Part shown: positions 44,977 through 55,503 of the stretch, piece after piece
Position numbering within the stretch: position 1 is the stretch's first letter
Layout of the letters: each line of letters begins with the position of its first letter
Assembly: GCA_004297395.1 (NCBI GenBank)
Contig: SCUO01000047.1
Coordinates: forward strand, 56,575 to 120,574
DNA from: Chloroflexota bacterium
GTDB taxonomy: Bacteria > Chloroflexota > Limnocylindria > Limnocylindrales > CSP1-4
Reading direction: 5' to 3'
DNA length: 64,000 bases
Notes under the pieces: model-generated
The model's database searches: none
Told to the model about the DNA's origin: nothing
Seen by the model: the letters and a program-made list of their open reading frames with translations, nothing else
Program-made: the position numbers and the translations under genes

Positions 44977-46452
44977 CTACGACGCCACCTCTTCGGTGGC
45001 CGCCTTCCTGGCGCGGGTTCGGGGCTTGGCAGCGGTTGCCGGCTCCGGCTCCGAGGCCACTTGCTCGGCGGCGGGCTCGTTGGCGGCCGCCGCCTTGGCC
45101 GTGGTGGCCTTCGCCTTGGTGGCCTTGGCTGCCTTCGTGGTCGGCTTGGCCTTCGACGTCGTCGCCGCCGTGGCGACGGGCTCACCGGCCTCCACGATCG
45201 CGGCCTCGGCCACCCCGTTCGTGGGTTCCGCGGCGGCCTTCTGCGGCCGGGCCCTCGGCTTCTTCTCGACAACGGTCTCGGCGGCGGCCTCGGCCGTCTC
45301 GGCGGTTGCGGCGAGCGGCTCGGCGGCGGCCTCGGCGGGCGTCAGGCCGGCGTCGGGGGCCGTCGTGGCGATCTCCGGGGCGACCGACGGCCCCGCGGCC
45401 TCGGCCGCCTTCGCCTCGGCGACCGAGACGTCGCTCCGAATGTCGATCCGCCAACCGGTCAGCCGGGCGGCAAGCCGGGCGTTCTGACCCTCACGACCGA
45501 TCGCCAGCGAGAGCATCCGCTCGGGCACGGTGACGTTCGCGATCCGATGTTCGATGTCGATGTCGACCGACAGGACCTGGGCCGGCGAGAGGGCGTTGGC
45601 CACGAACTGGGCCGGATCGTCATTCCAGGGGATGACGTCGATCTTCTCGCCGCCGAGCTCGGCGACGACGGCCTGGACCCGGGCGCCACGCTGGCCGACC
45701 GTCGCGCCGACGGGATCGAGGCCCTCCTGGCGCGATGAGACGGCGACCTTGCTGCGGCTGCCGGCCTCGCGGGCAATGGCCCGGATCTCGACCGTGCCGT
45801 TGTGGATCTCGGGGACCTCGAGCTCGAAGAGCCGCTTCAGGAAGCCCTTGTGGGTCCGGCTGACCATGAGCATGGGGCCCTTGGGTCCGCGGCGGACCTC
45901 CAGGACGAAGGCCTTGACGTTCTGGCCGATGCGGTAGTGCTCGAGGGGCGATTGCTCGGTCGTGGCCAGGATGGCTTCGACGCCCTTGCCGACGTCCAGG
46001 ATGATCGCGCGCGGCTCGGCCCGGTTCACGGTGCCGGTGATGAGCTCGCCCTCGCGGCTCGCGAACTGGTCGTAGACGACGTCGCGCTCGGCTTCGCGGA
46101 GGCGCTGCAGGACGACCTGCTTGGCCGTCTGGGCCCCGATCCGGCCGAACGATTCGCCGTCGAGCTGCTCCATCTCGACGAGCTCGCCGGGGACGGCGTC
46201 GGCCTTGTGGCCGCGAGCCTCGTCGAGGGTGAACTCGGTCAGCGGGTCCTCGACCTCGGAGACGGCGACGCGGGCCCGGAAGACGCGGATCTTGCCGCTC
46301 TCACCGTCGATTCGGACGTAGATGTCCTCTTCGTTCGCGATCCGGCGGTAGGCGGCCTGAATCGCCTCCTCCACCGTCCGGATGAGCTGCTCTCGGGGAA
46401 CCTGCTTCTCGGCGTTGAGCTGGAGGAGGGCGCCGACGAAATCTCGACTCAT
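44977..46452 (-). CDS. nusA: Transcription termination/antitermination factor NusA with Ala/Lys/Thr/Pro-rich C-terminal tail
   Basis: NTD, S1, KH1/KH2 (LAIGREGQNARLAARLTGWRIDIRS); start at ATG 46452 preceded by GGAGGG (the upstream in-frame ATG lies inside the SD). Confidence 0.9.
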   Translation of the reverse strand: MSRDFVGALLQLNAEKQVPREQLIRTVEEAIQAAYRRIANEEDIYVRIDGESGKIRVFRARVAVSEVEDPLTEFTLDEARGHKADAVPGELVEMEQLDGESFGRIGAQTAKQVVLQRLREAERDVVYDQFASREGELITGTVNRAEPRAIILDVGKGVEAILATTEQSPLEHYRIGQNVKAFVLEVRRGPKGPMLMVSRTHKGFLKRLFELEVPEIHNGTVEIRAIAREAGSRSKVAVSSRQEGLDPVGATVGQRGARVQAVVAELGGEKIDVIPWNDDPAQFVANALSPAQVLSVDIDIEHRIANVTVPERMLSLAIGREGQNARLAARLTGWRIDIRSDVSVAEAKAAEAAGPSVAPEIATTAPDAGLTPAEAAAEPLAATAETAEAAAETVVEKKPRARPQKAAAEPTNGVAEAAIVEAGEPVATAATTSKAKPTTKAAKATKAKATTAKAAAANEPAAEQVASEPEPATAAKPRTRARKAATEEVAS

Positions 46453-46500
46453 GGTCGCTTCGCCCTCCAATCATCATCGTTCTGTTTCCGAGCCCCGCCG

Positions 46501-46527
46501 AAAAAAATACGTGGGGGTCACCCACGT
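46501..46527 (-). terminator. Intrinsic terminator: 7-bp stem ACGUGGG/CCCACGU, 5-nt loop, followed by U7 tract
   Basis: Plus strand AAAAAAA (46501-46507) TACGTGGGGGTCACCCACGT; lies downstream of ispG and 48 nt upstream of nusA start. Confidence 0.6.
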
Positions 46528-46557
46528 CCACGAGGCGGCCGTTTCGATTCGCCGCGG

Positions 46558-46563
46558 AGTATA
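46558..46563 (-). promoter_or_regulatory. TATACT -10-like element between ispG stop and the terminator (candidate nusA promoter feeding a leader attenuator)
   Basis: Plus AGTATA 46558-46563; followed on minus strand by CCGCGG discriminator-like GC block. Confidence 0.3.
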
Positions 46564-46586
46564 CACCCGGGTGGGTGGATCGTCGA

Positions 46587-47843
46587 TCAGCGATCAGGCG
46601 GACCGGGCCGCTCCAATGACGGGTAGCGGCGCTCGATGTAGGCCTCGAGGATCTCGATGAACTCGTCGACGAGGCCCTCGCCGCGGAGTGTCCGATCGAG
46701 CTTGCCGTCCACGAACACCGGCGCGACCGGGTCCTCGAACGTGCCGGGCAGGCTGATCCCGATGTTGGCGTGCTTCGATTCACCCGGGCCGTTGACCACG
46801 CAGCCCATGACCGCGACGGTCAGCTCCTCGACGCCAGGGTGCGTCTCCCGCCACTCCGGCATCCGGTCCCGCAGGTGAATCTGGATCCGCTCGGCCATCT
46901 CCTGGAAGAAGGTCGAGGTCGTCCGGCCGCAGCCGGGACAGGCGCTGACCTGGGGCAGGAACGAGCGGAGACCCATTGACTGCAGGACCTGCTGGGCGAC
47001 CCGGACCTCCTCCTCGCGTTCGCCGCCCGGTGCCGGGGTCAGCGAGACCCGGATGGTGTCGCCGATCCCCTCGTTCAGCAGGATCGCGAGGCCGGCCGTC
47101 GATGCCACGATGCCCTTCATCCCCAGCCCGGCCTCGGTAAGCCCCAGATGGAGCGGGTAGTCCGAGCGACCGGCCAGGAGCCGGTAGACGTCGACCAGGT
47201 CGCGAACGTTGGAGACCTTGGCCGACAGGATGATCCGGTCGTGGCGAAGGCCCGTCGCCTCGGCCAGCTCGGCCGAGCGCATCGCCGACTCGATCATCGC
47301 CTCGATCATCACGTCCCGGGCGTCACGGGGCGCGGCGGCCCGGGCGTTGGCGTCCATGAGCTCGGTCAGGAGGGCCTGGTCGAGGGATCCCCAGTTGACC
47401 CCGATCCGGACCGGCTTGTCGTGCTCGATGGCGACTCGGACGATGGTCTGGAAGTTCTCGTCGTGGCGCTTGCCGCCGACGTTGCCGGGGTTGATCCGGT
47501 ACTTCGCGAGCCCCGCGGCCGCGGCCGGGTGCTCCACCAGGAGCTGGTGGCCGTTGTAGTGGAAGTCGCCGATGACCGGGACCGAGACGCCCAGGTCGGC
47601 CAGCTTCCGGAGCACCTCGGGCACGGCGGCCGCCGCGGCATCCGTGTTGACCGTCACCCGAACGAGCTGGCTGCCTGCGTGTGCCAGGCGCGCGACCTGG
47701 ATGGCGGTGGCGTCGGGGTCGGCGGTGTCCGTGTTCGTCATCGACTGGACGACGACCGGATGGGCGCCCCCGACGAGGACGCCGCCGACGTCGACGGACA
47801 CGGTCGCCCGGCGCCGGGGGCGAAGGGATTCGGCGCCGGCCAC
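46587..47843 (-). CDS. ispG: 4-hydroxy-3-methylbut-2-enyl diphosphate synthase (IspG/GcpE)
   Basis: [12 protein letters not shown], Cys ligands CPGCGRT ... [11 protein letters not shown]; GTG 47843 two nt after rseP stop; N-terminus aligns with mycobacterial GcpE. Confidence 0.9.
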   Translation of the reverse strand: MAGAESLRPRRRATVSVDVGGVLVGGAHPVVVQSMTNTDTADPDATAIQVARLAHAGSQLVRVTVNTDAAAAAVPEVLRKLADLGVSVPVIGDFHYNGHQLLVEHPAAAAGLAKYRINPGNVGGKRHDENFQTIVRVAIEHDKPVRIGVNWGSLDQALLTELMDANARAAAPRDARDVMIEAMIESAMRSAELAEATGLRHDRIILSAKVSNVRDLVDVYRLLAGRSDYPLHLGLTEAGLGMKGIVASTAGLAILLNEGIGDTIRVSLTPAPGGEREEEVRVAQQVLQSMGLRSFLPQVSACPGCGRTTSTFFQEMAERIQIHLRDRMPEWRETHPGVEELTVAVMGCVVNGPGESKHANIGISLPGTFEDPVAPVFVDGKLDRTLRGEGLVDEFIEILEAYIERRYPSLERPGPPDR

Positions 47844-47845
47844 GG

Positions 47846-48988
47846 TCAGGTGCCGCCGAGCCCGCGGGCGATGTCGAAGGCGGTCACCCAGACGAGGAAC
47901 AGGAGCAGCATCGCGAAGCCGACGAAGTAGGTCAGGCGCTCGGCCCGCAGCGACAGCCGCTGGCCGACGAACCGCTTCAGGATGAGCATGAGCATCCGAC
48001 CCCCGTCGAGCGGCGGGAAGGGCAGGATGTTGACGACGGCGAGGTTGGCCGAGAGGATCCCGGCGAGGTACAGCGTGACGATCGGGCCGAGCGTCCAGAA
48101 GACGTCGCCGATCTGGGTCGCGATGCCGACCGGTCCGGAGGCCGGCGGCGCCTCCGTCGGCCGGGTGACGATGGCGCTGGCGAGCTGGCCTACGCCATCG
48201 ATGATCAGCCGGGTTGCCGTCACCGTCCGCTCGACGCCGAGGCCCAGCGCATCCCCGAACGGGTAGGTCACCCTGTCCTTCGACAGGCGCCCCTCGAGGG
48301 GAACGCCGGGCTCCACGATGTTGCCGTCGTCGTCCCGGACCGCGGCCTTGCCGATGCCCAGCGCGCCCTTGCCCTCGGCGATCTCGTCGGCCGGCCGGAG
48401 GGTCGCCGTCAGGTCGAGGATCGCGTCGCCGCGCCGGACCGTCAGGACGACGGTCTTGCCGGTCCGTTCGCGGAGGTCGTCGAGGACCGGCTCGAGGCCC
48501 GCAAACACGTCGTAGGCCTGGCCGTCCACGCGCTCGATGACGTCGCCGACGCGGACGCCGGCCACCTCCGCCGGCGAGCCTGGGTCGACATACGGGACGT
48601 AGACCCCGATCGCGGGGTCCCCGGTGAGCGCGATCCCGGCGAAGATCGCGAACGCCAGGACGATGTTCATGGCGACCCCGGCGAGCAGGATCACGAGCTT
48701 CTTCCAGAGGGGCTGGGCGGCGAACGAGCGCGGATCCTCGGCCTCGTCGCCGTCCTCGCCCTCGAGCTTGACGAAGCCGCCGATCGGCAGCCAGTTGAGC
48801 GTGTAGATGGTCTCGCCCCGGTTCCGGAGGACCTTGGCCCGGGGTGGGAACCCGACGCCGAACTCGAGGACGCGGACCTTGAACAGTCGCGCGGTGACGA
48901 AGTGGCCGACCTCGTGGACGAGGACGAGGATCCCGAGGATCCCGAAGAACAGGATGATCGTGACGAGCGTCCGGACGATGTCGTTCAA
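47846..48988 (-). CDS. rseP: RIP zinc metalloprotease RseP/Rip1 (site-2 protease, M50, one PDZ)
   Basis: HEVGHF zinc motif 20 residues from proposed TTG start 48988 ([30 protein letters not shown]), PDZ, LDG motif [11 protein letters not shown]; TTG overlaps dxr stop (TTGA). Confidence 0.8.
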   Translation of the reverse strand: MNDIVRTLVTIILFFGILGILVLVHEVGHFVTARLFKVRVLEFGVGFPPRAKVLRNRGETIYTLNWLPIGGFVKLEGEDGDEAEDPRSFAAQPLWKKLVILLAGVAMNIVLAFAIFAGIALTGDPAIGVYVPYVDPGSPAEVAGVRVGDVIERVDGQAYDVFAGLEPVLDDLRERTGKTVVLTVRRGDAILDLTATLRPADEIAEGKGALGIGKAAVRDDDGNIVEPGVPLEGRLSKDRVTYPFGDALGLGVERTVTATRLIIDGVGQLASAIVTRPTEAPPASGPVGIATQIGDVFWTLGPIVTLYLAGILSANLAVVNILPFPPLDGGRMLMLILKRFVGQRLSLRAERLTYFVGFAMLLLFLVWVTAFDIARGLGGT

Positions 48989-50232
48989 GCGATCGACCCC
49001 GTTGCGTACTGGTTGTGAATCTCCGCCTCGAGGGCGACGAGGTCCTCGACGCCGGGCGCCGCCCCGCCGGTTCCGACCCCGCCGGCCCCGTAGCGCTCCA
49101 CGGCCGCGGCGAGGAGCCGCGGAATCCCCGGGAAGTCGAGGCTGCCGTCGAGGAACCGCGCAACCGCGACCTCGTCGGCGGCGATAAGGGCGGCCGTTGC
49201 CCAGGGACCCTGGCGGCCGGCCCCACGGGCGATCCGGAGGGCCGGGAACCGGGATTCGTCGGGCGCCCGGAAGTCGAGCCGCGCGATCGAGACCAGATCG
49301 GGCGGGGCGGCCGGCGACGGGCGACGACGCGGGTGCGTAAGGGCGTACTGGATGGGGAGTCGCATGTCCGGGGTGCCCAGCTGGGCCTTGAGGGAGCCGT
49401 CGACGAAGAGGACGGCCGAGTGGATGACCGACTGCGGATGGATCAGGACGTCGATCGACTCGTACGGGGCATCGTACAGCCAGTGTGCCTCGATGACCTC
49501 GAGGCCCTTGTTGGCCAGGGTCGCGCTGTCGATCGTGATCTTCGAGCCCATCCGCCACGTCGGGTGACGAAGCGCCTGGTCCGGCGTCACGCCCGCCATC
49601 GCGGCACGATCCAGGTCCAGGAAGGGGCCGCCTGACGCGGTCAGGACCAGCCGGGCGATCGAGGCGTGGTCCTCGCCGACGAGGCACTGCCAGATCGCGG
49701 AGTGCTCGGAATCGATCGGTCGAAGCCAGCCGAGCGGGCTGGCCAGGTGGCCGCGCGGGTCGGTCGCGGCCGCGGCCGCGGCAAGCTGCCGCGCCAGCGG
49801 CATGACGAGGTGCCCACCGGCGACGAGCGTCTCCTTGTTGGCCGTGGCGACCACCGTCCCGGCACGGAGCGCCGCGAGGACCGGTCGGAGGCTCACCATC
49901 CCACCCGTCCCGACGACCAGAAGGTCCAGATCCGGCCGTGCGGCGAGCGCCTCCAGCGCCGCCGCACCCACCGCGACCCGGGTCCCCGCTGGAAGCTCGC
50001 CCAGATCAGCGCGCGCGGCCGGGTCGGCCAGGACGACGACGTCCGGGCCCAGCCGGCGAGCCTGCTCGCCGAGCAACCGGCCGTTCCGTCCGGCCGCCAG
50101 GCCGACGACCTCGAACGCGCCGTCGCGGGCGATGACATCGACCGCCTGTCGCCCGATCGACCCGGTGGAGCCGAGGAGGCCGATCCTGAGCCGAGGCGTC
50201 GCCCCGATGTCAGTCGAAGACGATGACGACAT
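48985..50232 (-). CDS. dxr: 1-deoxy-D-xylulose 5-phosphate reductoisomerase
   Basis: [13 protein letters not shown] motif, catalytic segment ...[10 protein letters not shown]... Confidence 0.9.
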   Translation of the reverse strand: MSSSSSTDIGATPRLRIGLLGSTGSIGRQAVDVIARDGAFEVVGLAAGRNGRLLGEQARRLGPDVVVLADPAARADLGELPAGTRVAVGAAALEALAARPDLDLLVVGTGGMVSLRPVLAALRAGTVVATANKETLVAGGHLVMPLARQLAAAAAATDPRGHLASPLGWLRPIDSEHSAIWQCLVGEDHASIARLVLTASGGPFLDLDRAAMAGVTPDQALRHPTWRMGSKITIDSATLANKGLEVIEAHWLYDAPYESIDVLIHPQSVIHSAVLFVDGSLKAQLGTPDMRLPIQYALTHPRRRPSPAAPPDLVSIARLDFRAPDESRFPALRIARGAGRQGPWATAALIAADEVAVARFLDGSLDFPGIPRLLAAAVERYGAGGVGTGGAAPGVEDLVALEAEIHNQYATGSIA

Positions 50233-51040
50233 ACAGCATCACGACCGGGGCGGCGAAGAGGAACGAATCGACGCGATCCAGGAGCCCCCCGTGGCCCGGG
50301 ATCAGCCGTCCCGAGTCCTTGGCGCCGGCGGCCCGCTTGAGCATCGATTCGGCGAGGTCGCCCGCCTGCGCCGCGGCGGCGACGATCGGCCCGAGCAGCG
50401 TGCCCGTGTACCACGGCCGGCCCAGGGCAGCGACGAGGAGAGTCGCCACCACGGTCACGGCAACCGCCCCGCCGACGACGCCTTCGACCGTCTTGGCGGG
50501 CGAGATGTGGGCCATGAACGGCCTTTTCCCGAAGCGCCGGCCGACGAGGTACGCCCCGGTGTCGAAGGCCCAGACGCACAGGATCAGGAGGAGGATCCAG
50601 CCCCGCTCCGGCCCCAGGACGTCGAGCACCGCACCGTCGGGCACGGCCGGCACCTGGATCCCGAGGCGCGGCACGAAGCCGAGGAGCCCCACGTACATCG
50701 CCCCGAACACCGTCGTCCCGAAGCTCGCCAGGCCCTCGCGCGGGTCGGACCTGGCGATGGCGGCCGTCCCCACCAGGACGACGCCGACCGCGGCAACGAG
50801 CAGCCCGGCTCCACCGGGCACCGCGGTCACCGCATCGGCCAGGGCGATGGCCACGGCCAGGACGATGCCCAGGGCCGGGAAGGCTGGGTGGCCGGCTGCC
50901 TCCAGCAGCCGGAATGCCTCGCGGGCACCGATGGCGACGGCGATGGCGACGAGCACGGCGATCCACGGGCCGCCCAGCCATAGGACGGCGAGGAGCGGCG
51001 GGATCAGGAGCGCGGCACTCCGCGCCCGGTCACGGAGCAC
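50210..51040 (-). CDS. cdsA: Phosphatidate cytidylyltransferase
   Basis: CTP-transferase signature [28 protein letters not shown]; multi-TM. Confidence 0.8.
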   Translation of the reverse strand: MLRDRARSAALLIPPLLAVLWLGGPWIAVLVAIAVAIGAREAFRLLEAAGHPAFPALGIVLAVAIALADAVTAVPGGAGLLVAAVGVVLVGTAAIARSDPREGLASFGTTVFGAMYVGLLGFVPRLGIQVPAVPDGAVLDVLGPERGWILLLILCVWAFDTGAYLVGRRFGKRPFMAHISPAKTVEGVVGGAVAVTVVATLLVAALGRPWYTGTLLGPIVAAAAQAGDLAESMLKRAAGAKDSGRLIPGHGGLLDRVDSFLFAAPVVMLYVVIVFD

Positions 51041-51049
51041 CCGAGGATC

Positions 51050-51847
51050 CTAGCGGCCGAAGCGCCGCTGGCGGGACGCGAACTCGAGGACCGCCGCGTC
51101 GAGGGCCTCGGGCCCGAAGTCGGGCCAGAGCGTTTCGGTCGTGACGAGCTCGGCGTAGGCCGACTGCCAGATCAGGAAGTTGGAGAGGCGCTGCTCGCCG
51201 CCCGTCCGGATGACGAGGTCCGGGTCAGGCGTGCCCGCCGTGTAGAGGGCCGCCGCGATCGTCGCCTCGTCGACCTCGTCGGGCCTGAGGCCGGCCGCCA
51301 CGATCCGACGGACGGCATCCACGAGCTCCGTCCGGCCGGCGTAGTTGAAGGCAATGTTCAGGAGCATCTCGGTGCCGCCCGCCGTGGCGTCGAGGGCATC
51401 CTCGATCGAAGCCCGGGTTTCGGGCGGCAGCTCGTCGGTCCGGCCGATCATCCGGACCCGCACCCCCTGGGCCCGGAGCTCGTCGGTCTCGCTCCGGATG
51501 GCCGCCTCGAGGAGCCCGAACAGCGCCACGACCTCGTCGTCCGAGCGAGCCCAGTTCTCGCGGCTGAAGGCATACAGGGTCAGGACGCGGAGGCCACGCC
51601 GGCGGGCGTGGCGGAGGACGCCCCGGATCGCTTCCACGCCGGCCGGGTGACCCTCGAGCTCGGGCAGCCCCCGGGCCCTGGCCCAGCGACGGTTGCCGTC
51701 CATGATGATCGCGACATGGCGGGGCAGCTCCGAGGCCGGCGTCTCGTCGAGGGTCGGACCGGCGGTCCGTTCGGGCGCCTCGACGGCCCCCGGCTCGTGG
51801 GCCGTGGGTGGCGCGTCGATCGGGCGTACGAGCGGTGTGCGGGTCAC
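51050..51847 (-). CDS. uppS: Isoprenyl transferase (undecaprenyl/decaprenyl diphosphate synthase)
   Basis: HVAIIMDGNRRWA, ...FSRENW..., NIAFNYAGRTE; GTG 51847 overlaps frr stop (TAGTG). Confidence 0.85.
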   Translation of the reverse strand: MTRTPLVRPIDAPPTAHEPGAVEAPERTAGPTLDETPASELPRHVAIIMDGNRRWARARGLPELEGHPAGVEAIRGVLRHARRRGLRVLTLYAFSRENWARSDDEVVALFGLLEAAIRSETDELRAQGVRVRMIGRTDELPPETRASIEDALDATAGGTEMLLNIAFNYAGRTELVDAVRRIVAAGLRPDEVDEATIAAALYTAGTPDPDLVIRTGGEQRLSNFLIWQSAYAELVTTETLWPDFGPEALDAAVLEFASRQRRFGR

Positions 51848-52404
51848 TAGACCTCGAGGACCTCCTGTTCTTTCGCCCCACCGACGCGATCGACGTCGGC
51901 GATGTGACGATCCGTCGTCTTCTGGATGACATCCAGGAGCTTGTGGACCTCGTCTGTCCCGAGGTCGCCCTCGCGCTCGAGCTTCTTGAGGTGGTCGGCG
52001 GCGTCGCGGCGGAGGTTGCGGATCTCGACCCGGGCCTCCTCCATCCGCTTGTGGACGACCCGGACGAGGTCCCGTCGCCGCTCCTCGGTCAGTTGCGGGA
52101 TGTTGAGCCGGACGACCGTCCCGTCGACGTTCGGGGTCAGCCCGATGTCGCTCTTGATGATCGCCTTCTCGATCGCCCCGAGGACGCTGCGGTCCCACGG
52201 CTGGATGACGATCTGGTGGGCCTCGGGGATGCTGATCCCGGCCAGCTGGTTGAGGGCCGTCTGGGTGCCGTAGTAGTCGACGTGGATGCGCTCGACGAGG
52301 CTGGTCGAGGCGCGGCCGGTCCGGACTCCCTGGAGGTCGCGCTCCATGGCCTCGACGGCACGGGCCATCTTGTGGTCGGCTCCGGCAACGATCTCCTGGC
52401 TCAT
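51847..52404 (-). CDS. frr: Ribosome recycling factor
   Basis: 185 aa from internal ATG 52404; [23 protein letters not shown]... Confidence 0.9.
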   Translation of the reverse strand: MSQEIVAGADHKMARAVEAMERDLQGVRTGRASTSLVERIHVDYYGTQTALNQLAGISIPEAHQIVIQPWDRSVLGAIEKAIIKSDIGLTPNVDGTVVRLNIPQLTEERRRDLVRVVHKRMEEARVEIRNLRRDAADHLKKLEREGDLGTDEVHKLLDVIQKTTDRHIADVDRVGGAKEQEVLEV

Positions 52405-53158
52405 GCCCGCACGCTCTCCGCCCCGGCCGCCGTGATCAGGGTGCCGACCGGCTCGCCCCTCGCGACCCGGGCGATGTTGTCGGCCTGGTTGAGGTCGAAG
52501 ACGACGATCGGGAGGTCGTTCTCCATGCACAGCGAGACCGCCGCTGCATCCATGACCCGGAGCTGGTCGCGGAGGAGGTCGGCGTACTCGAGGTGGTCGT
52601 AGCGTCGGGCGGTCGGGACGGTCATCGGGTCCGCATCGTAGACCCCGTCGACCTTGGTCGCCTTGAGCAGCACCGACGCGCCGATCTCGACCGCTCGCAG
52701 CGCAGCGGCAGTATCGGTCGTGAAGTAGGGGTTGCCGGTGCCGGCCACGAAGATCACGACCCGGCCCTTCTCGAGGTGCCGGACCGCCCGCCGCCGGATG
52801 TAGGGCTCGGCGATCTCGTTCATCGCGATCGCGCTCATGACCCGGACCGGGATCCCCACCCGCTCGATGGCGTCCTGGAGGGCCAGGCCGTTCATGACCG
52901 TGGCGAGCATGCCGATATAGTCGCCGGTCGCCCGATCCATGCCCCTGGCCGACGCCGCGAGGCCCCGGAAGATGTTGCCGCCGCCGACCACGATCCCGAC
53001 CTCCACGCCCGAGGCGTGGACGGTCCCGACCTGGCGGGCGATGAAGGTGCAGAACTCGGGGTCGACGCCGTACGTCCGGTTGCCCAGCAGGGCCTCACCC
53101 GAGAGCTTGAGCAGGATCCGTTCGAAGCGCGGTCGCGCCGGAACGGATGCGGCGTCGG

Positions 53159-53162
<4 letters not shown>
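52401..53162 (-). CDS. pyrH: UMP kinase
   Basis: [41 protein letters not shown]. Confidence 0.9.
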
Positions 53163-53758
<596 letters not shown>

Positions 53759-53824
53759 GCTTGGTTCCTGCTCCCTGGTGGCGCGGACGCGTGTCCGCGG
53801 TTGTCGAATCGGGTTGGCCGGCCG

Positions 53825-54778
53825 TCAGCCGGGGGTGGGGCCGGCGGCCTCGCGCTCGGCGGCTTCGCGAGCCAGCTCGGCGGCGATCTCCTCGGCCGAC
53901 GCGGATGCGGCGGGGTCCTCGGCCGGTGCCGGCGCGGGGGCGCCGGGCAGGAGGTCCTCCTCCTCGTCCGGAGCGAAGCTGAGGGCCGCGCCACCGGCGA
54001 GGGCCGCCACGAGGGCGTCGCTCGCCTCGACGTCGTCGTACTCGGGCTCGGCCACGGTCGGCTCGGGCTCGGGCTCCATCGTCGCCCGGGCGGCGCGCTC
54101 GTTGGCACCTTCGAGGGCGGCGTCGGCGACCAGCGAGCACAGCAGCCGGATGGCCCGGATCGCGTCGTCGTTGGCCGGGATGATGTAGTCCAGCTCGTCG
54201 GGGTCGACGTTCGTGTCGCCGGTGCCGACGACCGGGATCTCGAGCTTGTTTGCCTCGGTCACCGCGATCCGCTCGCGGTGGGGGTCGACGATGAAGACCG
54301 CGCCCGGCAGGCGCTTCATCTTGCGGATGCCGCCGAGGGTCGCGGTCAGCTTCGTCAGCTCCTCGGTCAGCTTGGCGGCCTCCTTCTTGGGGAGGCGCTC
54401 GAACTCGCCGGCCTGCTGCCGCGCCTCGAGCTGCTCCATGAGCCCGATCCGCTTCTTGATCGTCACGAAGTTGGTGAGCATGCCGCCCAGCCAGCGCTTG
54501 TTGATGTAGGGCATCCCGGCCCGGGTCGCCTCCTGGGCGACGGGTTCCTGGGCCTGCTTCTTCGTCCCGATGAACAGGACCGGCTCGCCCCGGGCCACCG
54601 TCTCGCGGACAAAGTCGAGGGCGGCCTCCAGCCGTTGCGCGGTCTGGGCGAGGTCGATGATGTGGATCCCGTTGCGCTCGGCGAAGATGAACGGGCGCAT
54701 CTTGGGATTCCAGCGGCGAGTCTGGTGGCCGAAGTGGACTCCGGCTTCCAGCAGCTGCCGCATCGAGACGGACGGCAC
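53825..54778 (-). CDS. rpsB: 30S ribosomal protein S2 with about 100-aa acidic C-terminal extension
   Basis: [51 protein letters not shown]. Confidence 0.9.
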   Translation of the reverse strand: MPSVSMRQLLEAGVHFGHQTRRWNPKMRPFIFAERNGIHIIDLAQTAQRLEAALDFVRETVARGEPVLFIGTKKQAQEPVAQEATRAGMPYINKRWLGGMLTNFVTIKKRIGLMEQLEARQQAGEFERLPKKEAAKLTEELTKLTATLGGIRKMKRLPGAVFIVDPHRERIAVTEANKLEIPVVGTGDTNVDPDELDYIIPANDDAIRAIRLLCSLVADAALEGANERAARATMEPEPEPTVAEPEYDDVEASDALVAALAGGAALSFAPDEEEDLLPGAPAPAPAEDPAASASAEEIAAELAREAAEREAAGPTPG

Positions 54779-54956
54779 GGGGCAGATCCTCCTGTTCGGT
54801 TGCTACCGCCGCGGGCCTCGTCGCCGGGGACCGTCCGGGCGCCGCTCTCACGGTCGTTCCGGCCGGCACCGTCCCGGTCGGAACGGTCCGCGTGTGTGCT
54901 CCATCGCGGGTTGCGATGGGCGGTCGATGTGTCGCGGGAGTCCCGCGGCGCGGCGG

Positions 54957-54962
54957 AGTGTA
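54957..54962 (-). promoter_or_regulatory. TACACT -10-like element upstream of rpsB (long leader about 170 nt)
   Basis: Plus AGTGTA 54957-54962; minus strand TACACTCCGCCG. Confidence 0.3.
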
Positions 54963-54995
54963 GCACGGGATCCGTTCGAGGCCGATCTCCGGGGG

Positions 54996-55015
54996 CGGCG
55001 CCGCGCTCGGCGCCG
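54996..55015 (-). terminator. Weak GC hairpin (CGGCGCC-GCGCTC-GGCGCCG) downstream of yraN, no U-tract
   Basis: Seen in sequence; separates yraN end from rpsB promoter region. Confidence 0.2.
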
Positions 55016-55028
55016 GTAGGTGTCGGCG

Positions 55029-55421
55029 CTACAGCGCCGCCACGTGGTGGCGGATGCGGACCGCGCCTCCCGGCTCGCGCGGCGGCTCCACGACGACGAG
55101 ATCGATTCGGAGCGGGAGCGCCGGAACGGGTGTCCCGTCGGCCAGGATGCCGCGCTCGCGGAGACCCTGGGCGCCACGCCGGATCCGCGTCCGCTTGGCC
55201 GCGTCGACGGTCTCCTCGGGCAGGCCGAACTCGCGGCTCCGCCGCTTGCGGACCTCGACGATCACGAGCCGCGCCGGCGGCGCCGGATCGATGGCCACGA
55301 TGTCCAGCTCGGCCCGACCGACGTGGACGTTCATGCCCAGGATGGTCCAGCCGGCGGTCCTGAGCCGGTCGGCAACGAGCCGCTCGGCCGCGTCGCCCGA
55401 TTGCTGTGATCCGGTCCGCAC
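55029..55421 (-). CDS. yraN: YraN family (UPF0102) endonuclease-like protein
   Basis: GEDLAARYL-type N-term (AAERLVADRLRTAGWTILGMNVHVGRAELDIVA), conserved gene order with rnhB. Confidence 0.7.
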   Translation of the reverse strand: MRTGSQQSGDAAERLVADRLRTAGWTILGMNVHVGRAELDIVAIDPAPPARLVIVEVRKRRSREFGLPEETVDAAKRTRIRRGAQGLRERGILADGTPVPALPLRIDLVVVEPPREPGGAVRIRHHVAAL

Positions 55422-55503
55422 GGCACGAGCATGCGCCGGGCCACTTCACTGCCACTTATCTGATCGGGGCCCGGGGTCCGGATCCCAGCGCGCTTCCCGA
55501 GGA

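Noticed and set aside
46551-46562. GTTTCGATTCG resembling a tRNA T-loop
   Set aside because: No acceptor, D or anticodon stems can be built around it on either strand. It lies in the ispG-nusA spacer next to the terminator.
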